Origin: Bacilli bacterium
GTDB taxonomy: Bacteria; Bacillota_I; Bacilli_A; ML615J-28; CAG-698
Assembly: GCA_050953065.1 (NCBI GenBank)
Contig: JBMNLZ010000002.1
Location: forward strand, 32,001 to 96,000
Length of the DNA: 64,000 nucleotides
Direction: 5' to 3'
Of this stretch, positions 20,503-31,412 are shown piece after piece. Position 1 is the first letter of the stretch. Each line of letters starts with the position of its first letter. The notes below the pieces were generated by a model. That model saw nothing but the letters and a program-made list of their open reading frames with translations. It did no database searches and had not been told where the DNA came from. Position numbers and translations under genes: made by a program.

Positions 20503-21579
20503 TTATTCTCCTTTATAACCCCAATACACTGGACGATTATAACAATTCCACTCTTCATCCCATCCTTCTGGTTGACTTTTACTTCTAGCTTTAATTTTTA
20601 CTTTGGCTGTAAATGAAAAAACGGAATAACCAACATATTTAACACTTTCTGGTATTATTAAAGATTCTAAATCCCAGCATTCTTGAAATGCCCGCGATTC
20701 TATTCGCTCAACTCCTTCAGGAATATTTATTCTTATCAAATCATGTAAATTGTTGAATGCACGCCCTGCAATCCTTTTAACACTATATCCTTCTATTATA
20801 TTTGGAATGCTTATAGATGTATCTTTATCTTTCCCTTGTACATATCCTACTATACTAGCAAAATATTCATCATTTATTTTTGAAATTCCATATTCAAATT
20901 TATCTTCGGTAACTCCATAACTTATAAATCCTAATATTGTTGTATATATACCATTGCTATATGCGTTCCCCCAACCTTCTGGAATTGTTTCAGTTTTAAC
21001 ACAAATTGTTACTTTTGAGCTATCTCTAAACGCATTTGAGAATAAAGTTTCAACGCTTGTTGGAATTATAACTGTCTCTAAATTTGTACACTCAGCAAAT
21101 GTATATCCATAAATGGTTTTTACTCCTTCAGGTATTATAATATTTTTTAAATTTTCACACTTCCGGAAAACACCTTCACCTAAACTTACATTTTCAGGTA
21201 AATCAACATTTAATAGATTAATGCATTTATAAAATGCATAATAATTAATACTTACAACACTTTTGGGTATAACTATCGCTTGTAGACCACTACACTCAGC
21301 AAATGCTAAGTTCTCTATAACCTTAACGCTTTCAGGAATTGTAACCCATCTTAAACTTTGGTTAGATCTAAAAGCTGATACACCTATACTTGTTACTTCT
21401 TTTCCTTTATAACTTGAAGGTATTATAAGTTCTTTCCCATATTCTACTTCCCCTATATATTTATCTATTTCATAAGTACCATCTTCTTTTAATTCAAAAG
21501 TATAATCTTCATACTTATTGCAAGCAGTAAGTGTTAAAAAGATAACCAAAATTATTAATACACTAAATACTTTTTTCAT
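20503..21579 (-). CDS. BspA-type (LRR_5) leucine-rich-repeat lipoprotein
   Basis: Lipobox LTAC; IP.SV..I...AF..C..L repeats; C-terminal P.GW...WN...VYW cap. Confidence 0.9.
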   Translation of the reverse strand: MKKVFSVLIILVIFLTLTACNKYEDYTFELKEDGTYEIDKYIGEVEYGKELIIPSSYKGKEVTSIGVSAFRSNQSLRWVTIPESVKVIENLAFAECSGLQAIVIPKSVVSINYYAFYKCINLLNVDLPENVSLGEGVFRKCENLKNIIIPEGVKTIYGYTFAECTNLETVIIPTSVETLFSNAFRDSSKVTICVKTETIPEGWGNAYSNGIYTTILGFISYGVTEDKFEYGISKINDEYFASIVGYVQGKDKDTSISIPNIIEGYSVKRIAGRAFNNLHDLIRINIPEGVERIESRAFQECWDLESLIIPESVKYVGYSVFSFTAKVKIKARSKSQPEGWDEEWNCYNRPVYWGYKGE

Positions 21580-21747
21580 TTACTTTCTCCTTCATTTATA
21601 ATTTAATTGTCTATTGTAATAGTAAACTCAACTTTCATTACTAGTAATTATTCTATCATATATAATTTATATATACAAATATTTATATTTTTAATTATAC
21701 TTTTTAAAAAAACTAATTTATCTAAATACTTCTTATAAAGAAAATTA

Positions 21748-21783
21748 AAGGCTTGAGATTCCAAATAGAATTTCAAGCCTTTT
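21748..21783 (-). terminator. Intrinsic terminator
   Basis: AAGGCTTGAGATTC...GAATTTCAAGCCTT hairpin downstream of the 21840 stop. Confidence 0.75.
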
Positions 21784-21839
21784 AATTTTAAATCGTTTTA
21801 ATAATTGTTGAATTCTTCTTTTTTAAAAGTCAACTTTTA

Positions 21840-24800
21840 TTATTCCGCTACAACAGGTATAGGAAAACCATCTTCTCCATAAATCCAACCAGTTCCATAA
21901 TTATAATAATATGGAATAGGATCTTGAGTAGAATCAGTATGATAATTCCAATCTCCTTCCCAATCAATAATTATTCCAGATTCATCTGCATCTCTAGCTA
22001 CATAAACTGTTAGTGCATAGCAGCCATCAAATACATATGAAGACACATAGTCAATTGTTTCAGGAATTACAACATGAGTTAAACTACTACAATTACTAAA
22101 TACACCTGATAATATCATATTAAATTCTAGGCTAGTACCTGTTATTTCAACAAATACTAATGAGGTAGGAATATAGTATGAAATTGTCTCGTTTCTTACC
22201 GCTTCATAACTACCAGTATATTGAACTGATCCAAATATAAAACCAAAATCACACTCATTATTCGTTGCTATTGAAGATTTACCAGTAAATGGTATTTTAA
22301 GAGTAACTAGTCCACTCATTCCTTTTAGAGCACCTTCTTCAATTATTTGAATTTTAGAACTAGATAGATCAAGATGTTCTACACTTGTAATTCCATCAAA
22401 AGCATTTGAACTAATAGTAAAACTACTAGCACTTCCTGCACCAACTTTTATAGTTTTAAGATTTGTTGGAATATAAAAGACACCTGCTTCGCCTGTAGGA
22501 ACTGTATAACTATAAGAATATTCATCTGTACCAAATATGAAACCAAACCTAGTCTCCAAACCAGATGTACCTACTTCTCTTCCAATATATGGTAAAGTAA
22601 TTTCTTCTAATCCATAACAGCCCTTAAAAGCACCTTCATCTATATACCAAACATTTAAACCTTCTCCATCTTGTCCAATAGATAATGATTTAATACTATG
22701 ACAGTTTTCAAAAGCATATGAATTAATTTCTATTTGCTTGTTATTTTTAATTATAACATTTTGTAAAGATGATGGAATATAGTAGTTTATTCCGCCTGTA
22801 TTTGAAGGAACTTCATAACTGCCACCATATGAAACAGTTCCAAAAATATCACCAAATCTACTACTAGCAATAAACGGTAAGTTAAGGTTAACTAAAGCAC
22901 TCATACCCTTTAGAGCACCCGTTTGAATAGTTACGACTTGAGAAGAAGCTAAATCAAGACTTTCTACACTCTTAAGTCCATCAAAATCATTTGTTAGAAT
23001 GTCAATTGGATGTGCAAGATAACTATCTGTCTCTACTCCAATTTTTATAGATTTAAGACTGTTAGGAATATAATAATAATATCCTGCACCTTTACTTGAA
23101 GGGATTTCATAACTATCTTGGTATTCGCTAAAACCAAATACATAACCAAACTGAGACTGTGGACCAGTTGACCCTATGATAGACCCAACATATGGTAAGG
23201 CAATTTCTTCTAAGCCATAACATCCCTTAAAAGCACCTTCTGATATATAATCAAACGCATAGTCGGCATTTATTTTTTCAACTACTATCGATTTAATACT
23301 ATAACAATTTTCAAAAGCCTTTGAAGCAATTATTAAATATGCAGTTGGATCAACTACTATTTCTACAGTTTGTAAAGTTGATGGAATATAGAAATTTATT
23401 CCAACCTCTCCTGAAGGAACGTCATAGCTTCCCTCATAAAAGACAGTTCCAAAGATATAACCAAATCTAGATTCTCTACCTCCTGCTCCGTATGTTTCAC
23501 CAACAAATGGTACTTTAATATGTTCTAAAGCAATACATCCTTTAAACGCACCTTCTTCAATGGTCCACAATGAAGATGGAGCTATAAATGAAGTAAGACC
23601 ACAATCTTGAAATGCACTTGTCTTTATTAAATTTAACTTTGAACCTTCTGTAAATGTTACAATAGTAAGATTTGTACAACTTCCAAAAGCAAAACCATGA
23701 ATTTCTTCTACCAATTCAGGAATTTGGATTGATACTAAAGCAGTACAGCCCTCAAATACATTTTCTCCAATCTTTTTTGTATTTCTTGGAAGTATCATAG
23801 TCTCAAGAGCAGTACATCCTGCAAATGCATAATTATAAATCAAAGTATCACTTATTTCAGCTTCAAACACTATACTAACAAACGATATACAATCTTTAAA
23901 TGCATTGTTTCGAACTTTAGTTTCACCAGTAATTGTAACACTAGTTAAGCTAAGTGGTAGATAAAAACCATTTGCAGAATAAGTTGTAGTACCCACTGAA
24001 CCATAACTTGATTTACCAAAGATGTAACCAAATCTTGATTCATCTGGATCTGTTGTAGTTTTGTTTTTACCAACAAACGGCACACTGATTTCTTCTAAGC
24101 CATAGCATCCTTTTAAAGCACCTTCACCGATAGAAGTAACTGTATAAGTTAAATTTCTATTTCTAATAGTTAATGACTTAATACTATAACAATCTTCAAA
24201 AGCAACACCTGCAATTGTAATATTTTGTATGCCAGTCTCAATTACAACAGTTTCTAAAACTGATGGAATACAAAATGTCGTTATACCTTCTCCTGCAGGA
24301 ATAGAATAACCTCCAGTATATTGATCAGTTCCAAAGATATATCCAAACCTAGATTCTTGATTTGTTGCTGAAGCAGATTTACCAACAAATGGTAATTTAA
24401 TATATTCTAAAGCAGCACATCCACTAAATACAGCTTGTTCAATAATTGCCACTGTAGACGGGCACTCAAATGAAGCAAAAGCGCAATTTTTAAACGCATT
24501 TTCTCGTATCATACCCAATGTTGAAGTTTCTCTAAATGTTACAGTAGTAAGATTTGTACAACCTTCAAAGGCTGAACTACCAATTTCTTCCAAACTATCA
24601 GGGAATGAAATTGATGCTAAAGCAATACATCCTTTAAATGCACTAGGTCTAATTATATTTACTGTAGAACTCTCTGCAAATGTTATAGAATCAAGAGTTG
24701 AACATCCTTCAAAAGCTGACATATTAATACTTTCTACACTCTTAGGAATTGTAATTGCCCCTAAAGCAATACAATCCTTAAACGCTGAACTTCCAATTGT

Positions 24801-27800
24801 ATTTACTTTAGAAACATCTACAAACGTTACAGTAGCAAGAATTGAACATCCTTCAAAAGCTGATATGCCAATCCCCATTACACTATTAGGAATTATAATT
24901 GATGTTAAATCAACACATTCCTTAAATGCGTAGTCTCCAATAACGCCTATTTTTGAATCTTCTGCAAATGTTACAGTAGTAAGGTTTGAACACCCCTCAA
25001 ATAGACTTGCAGATATACCAGTTACTTTTTTAGGAATATAAATTTCTTCTAAAGCAGTTGCACCCATAAACACTTTATTACCTATTGTAGTTGTTGTTTC
25101 TGGTAATGTAATATCCGTTAATAGAATACAACCCATAAATGCTTCATTCCAAATTGCTGTAAAGCATATATTGTTAGAATCAAATTTTATTTGTGTTAAT
25201 GATATACAATTTTTAAACGAACTATTACCAATTGTTTCGAGAAGACTTGGGAATTCAAATGGTACTGTACCTAATAGAGTACAATCCATAAATACACCAG
25301 CACCAATTTCTACTACATTGCTTGGGAATGCAAAAGTTGGAAGATTACTACAACCACTAAATGCAAAATTACCAATTAAAGTATTCAGTAAATCTTCATT
25401 AAATACTATACTAGTTAAAGATGTACAGTCTGTAAAAGCATAAGCAGGAATTCTAGATGTACCAATGATTGTAACATTAGTTAAACTAGTAGGAATATAG
25501 AAGTCATTTGCTAAATAAGCCTCACCTTCTTCCCCATAACTTGTTTTACCAAAGATATAACCAAATCTTGTTTCATCTGGATCACTTGTATCATTATTTT
25601 TACCTACAAATGGTAAAGAAAGTTTAGTTAAACCAACACATCCCTTAAATGCTTCAGCACCCATTGTATTAACACCATCATTAATACTTACTTCTTCAAG
25701 TGATTTAACGCCATTAAATGCTGATTCAGCAATTTTTTGAGCATTGGTAACATCAATTTTCTTTAATGATGATGGATAATATATATCACCAACTTGATAA
25801 GACCCATTAAACCAAACTGTACCAAAGAAATATCCTAACGTATAATCAAAGCCTGATATTCCGCCAGTTGAATCTTTGCCAATAAAAGGAGTTGTAATAC
25901 TTTCTAATGTTGAACAACTTCCAAAAGCAGCTAGTCCTATCGCAGTTACACTATCACTTATTACTATAGAAGATAATGCCTCACAACCATAGAAAGCACT
26001 TCCTCCAATTTCATCTAAGGAAGAATTATCTGATAGATCAATATTTGTTAATTTTTTACAATTAGCAAATGCTTCACCACCAATTCCTTCTAATAGTGAC
26101 ACACTTCCAAAAGTAACAGTTGTTAAATTGATAGCATTATAAAAAGCTTTTTGATTAATAGTTTGAACACTAGAAGGAATAGTTATTCTTTCAAGCCCAT
26201 TACATCCAGCAAACTGATTTGCAGCAATTTCAGTAGTACCACCTGCTAAAACAAGCATTGCATTTTTCATTGGATTTTGTGTTAATGTTTTATTAATAAT
26301 AGTTCCACCAGTAGAATATACAATCGTCATATTAGCAGGAACATTATCAATATTTCCACCAAAATAATAAGCCAGTGGATGAGCTAGTTCACTAGATAAT
26401 TGAAATTCCATTAAAGAGGTACTTCCTGCCAAGATTGAATAACCGATTTCTTTAGTCTTATTTGAAAATTCTATTGTTTTTAAATTAGGCATATTAGCAA
26501 AAGCATTATTACCAACTTTTTTAATTTCTTCAGGTAAAATTAAAGTTTCTAATGTTGTATTATTCTTAAAAGCATTATCAGCAATTTTAGTAATGTATTC
26601 ACCGCCAACATCTAAAGGTACTGTAAAATTGTTTTGAGTGCCCCCATATTTAGTTACAGTTATTCCATCACTAGGTGCCTCATCTAAAAGAATCATCCCA
26701 GACAATTCCATAGTCCAAAGAGCTAATAACATAACATTTTTATCATATTCATATCTAAATGGCGCTTGAACAATTTGTGAATTGTAACTCCAACCAACAA
26801 AAGTCCAGCCACCATCTCTTGTTGGTGTTTCTAAACTTTCTATGTAATCAAATCTTCTAACTACTTGTGATGCAACTGCACTTTCACCATCATTATTAGG
26901 ATCAAAACTTAAAACAAAGTCTTGTTCTACAGCCCATTGTGCAACTAAAGTTGCATTATTTAAAACTGTATAATTTTCTAAAGCTTCATAATAATACAAA
27001 CCACATTTCCAATAAACAAATGTATAGCCTTCTTTAACTGGTAAAGGTAATTCATATACAGTACCATGAGATAGATTCACCTCATTTATTGGATCTCCTA
27101 AATCATCATAAACCACTCCACCATTAGTATTATAAGTAATTGTATAACTCTTAATTGTATAAGTTGCTTTGATTTCTTTTGAAGCTGTAATATTTTTATA
27201 ATCAATCTCTTGCCAACCATCAAAGTTATAGCCATCTCTAACTGGAGCAGCTGGTGGAGTTGCATCCTCACCATGCTCAACCATTTCTTCTTTAATGATG
27301 TAGTTGTTATAATCTTTAAATTGAACTAAATATTCATTGATTCTAAACTGAGCAACCACCATATTAAGATCACTAGTAACAAAACTAAAATCATAATCCC
27401 AACCAGTAAATGTATAACCATCTCTTTCAGAAACACTTGGAGCTGTAGCTGATGCTCCATGATCTACTGTTTCTACTTTTAATGGGTCGCCTAAATTCCA
27501 ATTATAGAATTTAACTGTATAACTTTTAATTGTATAAGTTGCTTTGATTTCTTTTGAAGCTGTAATATTCTTATAATCAGTCTCTTTCCAGCCATCAAAG
27601 TTATAACCTTCTTTATTTAAATTCAAAGGAGGATTAGCATCATTCCCATGAGCGACCATTTCTTCTTTAATAATATAATCATTATAATCTTTAAATATTA
27701 CTTTATAAACATTTACATCAAATGCAGCATCAACTCTACCACTAGCTTTAACATTAGTATAAGCTCCAGTCCAACCAGTAAATGTTTTACCTGCTACAGC

Positions 27801-28877
27801 TTCTACTACTGGAGGAATTGCATCTTCTCCATAATTAACTTTTTGAGTTTCGCCTTCTTTAACACCATCAATGTAAAAATCAATATCATACTTAATAATA
27901 TTATAAGTTGCTTTAACTTCTAAATCATCTTCAATATTATCAAAGTCTTGATCCCAACCTTTCCAAGTATGTCCTTCTTTTGTTGGGATAGTTGGTGCTG
28001 TTGCACTAGCACCATATAAAACAAATTCAACTTTTAAGATTGTTCCATTATCATCTTTAAATGTTACTTGATATTTATTAATTTGAAATTCTGCTTTTAC
28101 ACTTGTATTAGCAGTTATCTTTTTATAATTTGACCAACCAACAAAAGTATAACCATCTTTAACTGGTTCATCAGGTAAAGTAGCATCTTCTCCGTGAGTT
28201 ATAGTTTGAGGAATTCCATATATATCTTCATCAACATAAAACGTTACTTTATATGATTTAGGATTATATTTTGCAATAACTACTAAATCACTAGTAATAT
28301 TGTTAAATGTTTTACTCCAACCATCAAAGTCATATCCTTCCCTTGTAGGTTCATCTGGAGCAATCGCTGCTTCTCCGTGTCTAACATATGATTCTTGAAT
28401 AGTATAACCATTAAAATCTTTAAACACTACTTTATAAACATTAATATCAAAAGCTGCTTCAATATCAGCTGCTTTTGTAACGTTAGTATAATCTCCTACC
28501 CAACCAGTAAAAGTACAACCTTCTTTAACTGGAGCATCAGGCAAAATAGCACTCTCCCTATATGCTACTTTTTGAGTTTCACCTACTTGAACTCCGTCTA
28601 CAAAAAAATTAATAGCGTATTTTTTAACTTCGTATTCTGCCTTAACTTCTAAATTGCCAGTTACGTTATTAAAATCTACGCTCCATCCAACAAAATCATA
28701 CCCATCTCTAACTGGGTCTTCTGGTGCTTCTGCATTCAAACCACTTTTTACAGATGTAGTTTTTAAGATTGCACCACTGTAATCTTTAAACACTACTTCG
28801 TATTTGCTATCTAAGCAACCCGTTAAAAAAAATAATGCTAATACAAAAGCAATTCCTAAATAAAACTTTCTTATCAT
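21840..28877 (-). CDS. Giant surface lipoprotein: about 11 InlB B-repeat/Flg_new domains plus a long BspA LRR_5 region
   Basis: Lipobox FLTGC; repeated P.R/K.GY.F.GW motifs, then LRR_5 repeats. Start moved to MIRKF based on SD AAAGGAG. Confidence 0.9.
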   Translation of the reverse strand: MIRKFYLGIAFVLALFFLTGCLDSKYEVVFKDYSGAILKTTSVKSGLNAEAPEDPVRDGYDFVGWSVDFNNVTGNLEVKAEYEVKKYAINFFVDGVQVGETQKVAYRESAILPDAPVKEGCTFTGWVGDYTNVTKAADIEAAFDINVYKVVFKDFNGYTIQESYVRHGEAAIAPDEPTREGYDFDGWSKTFNNITSDLVVIAKYNPKSYKVTFYVDEDIYGIPQTITHGEDATLPDEPVKDGYTFVGWSNYKKITANTSVKAEFQINKYQVTFKDDNGTILKVEFVLYGASATAPTIPTKEGHTWKGWDQDFDNIEDDLEVKATYNIIKYDIDFYIDGVKEGETQKVNYGEDAIPPVVEAVAGKTFTGWTGAYTNVKASGRVDAAFDVNVYKVIFKDYNDYIIKEEMVAHGNDANPPLNLNKEGYNFDGWKETDYKNITASKEIKATYTIKSYTVKFYNWNLGDPLKVETVDHGASATAPSVSERDGYTFTGWDYDFSFVTSDLNMVVAQFRINEYLVQFKDYNNYIIKEEMVEHGEDATPPAAPVRDGYNFDGWQEIDYKNITASKEIKATYTIKSYTITYNTNGGVVYDDLGDPINEVNLSHGTVYELPLPVKEGYTFVYWKCGLYYYEALENYTVLNNATLVAQWAVEQDFVLSFDPNNDGESAVASQVVRRFDYIESLETPTRDGGWTFVGWSYNSQIVQAPFRYEYDKNVMLLALWTMELSGMILLDEAPSDGITVTKYGGTQNNFTVPLDVGGEYITKIADNAFKNNTTLETLILPEEIKKVGNNAFANMPNLKTIEFSNKTKEIGYSILAGSTSLMEFQLSSELAHPLAYYFGGNIDNVPANMTIVYSTGGTIINKTLTQNPMKNAMLVLAGGTTEIAANQFAGCNGLERITIPSSVQTINQKAFYNAINLTTVTFGSVSLLEGIGGEAFANCKKLTNIDLSDNSSLDEIGGSAFYGCEALSSIVISDSVTAIGLAAFGSCSTLESITTPFIGKDSTGGISGFDYTLGYFFGTVWFNGSYQVGDIYYPSSLKKIDVTNAQKIAESAFNGVKSLEEVSINDGVNTMGAEAFKGCVGLTKLSLPFVGKNNDTSDPDETRFGYIFGKTSYGEEGEAYLANDFYIPTSLTNVTIIGTSRIPAYAFTDCTSLTSIVFNEDLLNTLIGNFAFSGCSNLPTFAFPSNVVEIGAGVFMDCTLLGTVPFEFPSLLETIGNSSFKNCISLTQIKFDSNNICFTAIWNEAFMGCILLTDITLPETTTTIGNKVFMGATALEEIYIPKKVTGISASLFEGCSNLTTVTFAEDSKIGVIGDYAFKECVDLTSIIIPNSVMGIGISAFEGCSILATVTFVDVSKVNTIGSSAFKDCIALGAITIPKSVESINMSAFEGCSTLDSITFAESSTVNIIRPSAFKGCIALASISFPDSLEEIGSSAFEGCTNLTTVTFRETSTLGMIRENAFKNCAFASFECPSTVAIIEQAVFSGCAALEYIKLPFVGKSASATNQESRFGYIFGTDQYTGGYSIPAGEGITTFCIPSVLETVVIETGIQNITIAGVAFEDCYSIKSLTIRNRNLTYTVTSIGEGALKGCYGLEEISVPFVGKNKTTTDPDESRFGYIFGKSSYGSVGTTTYSANGFYLPLSLTSVTITGETKVRNNAFKDCISFVSIVFEAEISDTLIYNYAFAGCTALETMILPRNTKKIGENVFEGCTALVSIQIPELVEEIHGFAFGSCTNLTIVTFTEGSKLNLIKTSAFQDCGLTSFIAPSSLWTIEEGAFKGCIALEHIKVPFVGETYGAGGRESRFGYIFGTVFYEGSYDVPSGEVGINFYIPSTLQTVEIVVDPTAYLIIASKAFENCYSIKSIVVEKINADYAFDYISEGAFKGCYGLEEIALPYVGSIIGSTGPQSQFGYVFGFSEYQDSYEIPSSKGAGYYYYIPNSLKSIKIGVETDSYLAHPIDILTNDFDGLKSVESLDLASSQVVTIQTGALKGMSALVNLNLPFIASSRFGDIFGTVSYGGSYEVPSNTGGINYYIPSSLQNVIIKNNKQIEINSYAFENCHSIKSLSIGQDGEGLNVWYIDEGAFKGCYGLEEITLPYIGREVGTSGLETRFGFIFGTDEYSYSYTVPTGEAGVFYIPTNLKTIKVGAGSASSFTISSNAFDGITSVEHLDLSSSKIQIIEEGALKGMSGLVTLKIPFTGKSSIATNNECDFGFIFGSVQYTGSYEAVRNETISYYIPTSLVFVEITGTSLEFNMILSGVFSNCSSLTHVVIPETIDYVSSYVFDGCYALTVYVARDADESGIIIDWEGDWNYHTDSTQDPIPYYYNYGTGWIYGEDGFPIPVVAE

Positions 28878-28980
28878 ACTATTTTCTCCTTTCAGTTTAT
28901 TTTTCAATAAACAGTTAGCATGTCTCTATTTTAAAATTTTTACCTTTAAAAGTCAATGTTTTTTATCTTTCCCAAAAAAA

Positions 28981-29004
28981 TAAACGCTAGTTATTTAGCG
29001 TTTA
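28981..29004 (-). terminator. Intrinsic terminator
   Basis: TAAACGCTA-gttat-TTAGCGTTTA hairpin overlapping the stop of 29002..29754. Confidence 0.65.
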
Positions 29005-29754
29005 TTTTTTGATATATTTAATAATTTCAATTATCCCAAAGATTATTGTGATAACTAAAAGATATATTAATCCTAATAAAATAGAATTAATAAAACTCCA
29101 TTTTAAAACATTCATTACCACAAAATAAATTAATCCTACACCTACTACATTAACAAAAGCTTCAATATGTATTTGATGGTCTAATAACTTATTAGCATTA
29201 ACAAAACTCCACCTTGCAACATTCGCACAAAATCCAAAAGCAATATAACTAAGCATCAAACCAATATATGCAATAACACTACTATCTAAAAAATTATTAC
29301 CAATTGAAAGTCCCGTTAATAAAACAAAAATTCCAGTAAACAAATAAATAAAGCCTTCTTTAATTTTATGTTTATTTAAATATAAATAACCTTCTTTAAA
29401 GCAATAAAATAAATAATACTTTTCTTCATCTGTTAACATTAAAGCAATTTCTTCAGCTTCTTTTTGACTAAAAACTTCAGTTAATGATTCAATGTAATTA
29501 ATGATAGCTCTCTTACCTTGATATTCAAGAGTTAAGACAGCTTTATTATTACAAACAATGCAATGTTTATTAACTCCACTTTTCTTACATTTATAACAAT
29601 AATATTTTAACAGTGAAGTTTCATCAAGTCTATCTTCTAATTGATAATTATATTTAATAAATTTATCTTTGCTTTTAAATAAATCATGCCCACAAAAAAC
29701 ACATTTCTCAAAACCCTCTTGACATAAAAACCCACAAAATTCACACTTTTTCAT
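29002..29754 (-). CDS. Hypothetical membrane protein with two Zn-ribbon-like Cys clusters and 4 C-terminal TM helices
   Basis: CEFC..CVFC and CYKC..CIVC; hydrophobic C-terminus. Confidence 0.7.
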   Translation of the reverse strand: MKKCEFCGFLCQEGFEKCVFCGHDLFKSKDKFIKYNYQLEDRLDETSLLKYYCYKCKKSGVNKHCIVCNNKAVLTLEYQGKRAIINYIESLTEVFSQKEAEEIALMLTDEEKYYLFYCFKEGYLYLNKHKIKEGFIYLFTGIFVLLTGLSIGNNFLDSSVIAYIGLMLSYIAFGFCANVARWSFVNANKLLDHQIHIEAFVNVVGVGLIYFVVMNVLKWSFINSILLGLIYLLVITIIFGIIEIIKYIKK

Positions 29755-29766
29755 CTTTACTCCAAT

Positions 29767-30285
29767 TTATGAACTTAACTGACTTTTTAAAACATTTTCA
29801 ATTCCTTGCTTATTTTCAGCTACTAAATGACTTTCTTTTAAACCGGTCTCAGTATTTAAAGTAATACTAATTAAAGAAGGAACATTAGAAATATATAAAT
29901 TATCCCAAGAAGTTATTCCGTTAACTTTATAGTTTCCTTTTTCATCTCCTACCCCATGAGATGTTTCTCCTTCAAAAACTCTAAAGATACCATATTCTGT
30001 TTCACCATTATCAAACATATTTTCACTATCTGATAAATCAAAACCATAAACTGACCTTTTATTTAAGTTGCTCTTTTCTTCTAAAGCTTTTAAATAATCT
30101 AGAATAATAGGTTTTGTTAGATCACAATACCCACAATTATCTTTATAAAAATAAACAAAATATCTATCTTCTTCTTGTGTATATATTTCATTTTGAATTA
30201 AAGATTTAATCTCTACATTTTTATCTTTACAGCCAGTTAAGATTCCAATTAAGATTATTAAAAGAATAATATTAATTCTTTTCAT
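29767..30285 (-). CDS. Thioredoxin-fold (CxxC) lipoprotein
   Basis: MKRINII...LTGC lipobox; FYKDNCGYC; cis-Pro-like NVPSL. Confidence 0.7.
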   Translation of the reverse strand: MKRINIILLIILIGILTGCKDKNVEIKSLIQNEIYTQEEDRYFVYFYKDNCGYCDLTKPIILDYLKALEEKSNLNKRSVYGFDLSDSENMFDNGETEYGIFRVFEGETSHGVGDEKGNYKVNGITSWDNLYISNVPSLISITLNTETGLKESHLVAENKQGIENVLKSQLSS

Positions 30286-31381
30286 TTGTTTCTTTTCCAC
30301 CTAAAGGATAAGAATATCCAATAACGTGTCTTAAAACACCACCACTCATTAAATCAGCATCTTTTTTAGTATTTCTTAAAAATCCACATTTTTCTAAAAC
30401 TTTTCCAGAATAAATATTTTCTTCTAAACGAGTTGCATAAATATCTGTTTTACCAGATTTAATTAACCACCTAACAAAAGCACTAACTGCCTCTGGAGTA
30501 TATCCTTTACCCCAATATTTTTCACCAACAGCATAAATTATTTGAGCAGATTTTGGATCTTTTTCAATCTTACTTAATCCAACATATCCAATTACTTTAT
30601 CAGTCTCTCTTAAAACAATCGCAAATTTAGTAGATTTTCTGGCCATATAATCTTTAATTAAATTATCAATATCTTCTATTGCATCAGTTCTATCTTTTAA
30701 AGCTTTTGTAAATAAAAATCTATGAACATTTTCATTTCTAAATAACTCATAATAACTCTCTATATCATTATCATTAAATTCTCTAATAGTTAATCTTTTA
30801 CTTTCCAGTGGTCTAAAAGAAAAATATGCACCTTCGTTATATAAATTGTCTTTTAAATATCTATAAGTTACTTTATCTAAAAATTGAAATTTAAATTCAT
30901 TCTCATCAAAATATTTAATTACTTTATAATCTTTATAAACAAAATAGATTGTAATTAAAATACTAATAATTTGAATTGCAATTGCAAAATACATCAATGC
31001 ATTAGTAACCTCATTAGGTAGGACTGTAACAGCAAGCTTTATAATAATCGCAACTATCAAAACAAAAACCGCTAAAAGCAAAGCACCAATACAAGGTAAA
31101 AAAATCTTTAAAAATGTATTTTTTTTAATATTTTGAAGTACATATTTATGCAAATATTGCCTACTAAATTCAAATTCATTTACTCTATAATAAACTCTAT
31201 TATCGCTTAAGCCAATTAATTTATCAACCTCTTCTTCATATGCTTTTTTTGTATAGCCTAAATTTTTATAAAGTAAATTATTCTTTTCTTCAAAAAGAAT
31301 TTTTTCACTACCACACCTAATACACTTATCCATTTTCTCAGTGTTTACTTTTAAACATTCTACACATTGAAATTTTTTCAT
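30272..31381 (-). CDS. Zn-ribbon + 2 TM + RimJ/RimL-type GNAT acetyltransferase fusion
   Basis: CVEC...CIRC; two hydrophobic helices; LESKRLTIR, YWGKGYTPEA, N..S..VLEKCGF. Confidence 0.8.
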   Translation of the reverse strand: MKKFQCVECLKVNTEKMDKCIRCGSEKILFEEKNNLLYKNLGYTKKAYEEEVDKLIGLSDNRVYYRVNEFEFSRQYLHKYVLQNIKKNTFLKIFLPCIGALLLAVFVLIVAIIIKLAVTVLPNEVTNALMYFAIAIQIISILITIYFVYKDYKVIKYFDENEFKFQFLDKVTYRYLKDNLYNEGAYFSFRPLESKRLTIREFNDNDIESYYELFRNENVHRFLFTKALKDRTDAIEDIDNLIKDYMARKSTKFAIVLRETDKVIGYVGLSKIEKDPKSAQIIYAVGEKYWGKGYTPEAVSAFVRWLIKSGKTDIYATRLEENIYSGKVLEKCGFLRNTKKDADLMSGGVLRHVIGYSYPLGGKETNEKN

Positions 31382-31412
31382 TTTTACCACCTTACTTAAA
31401 TCCTTTATTTAG

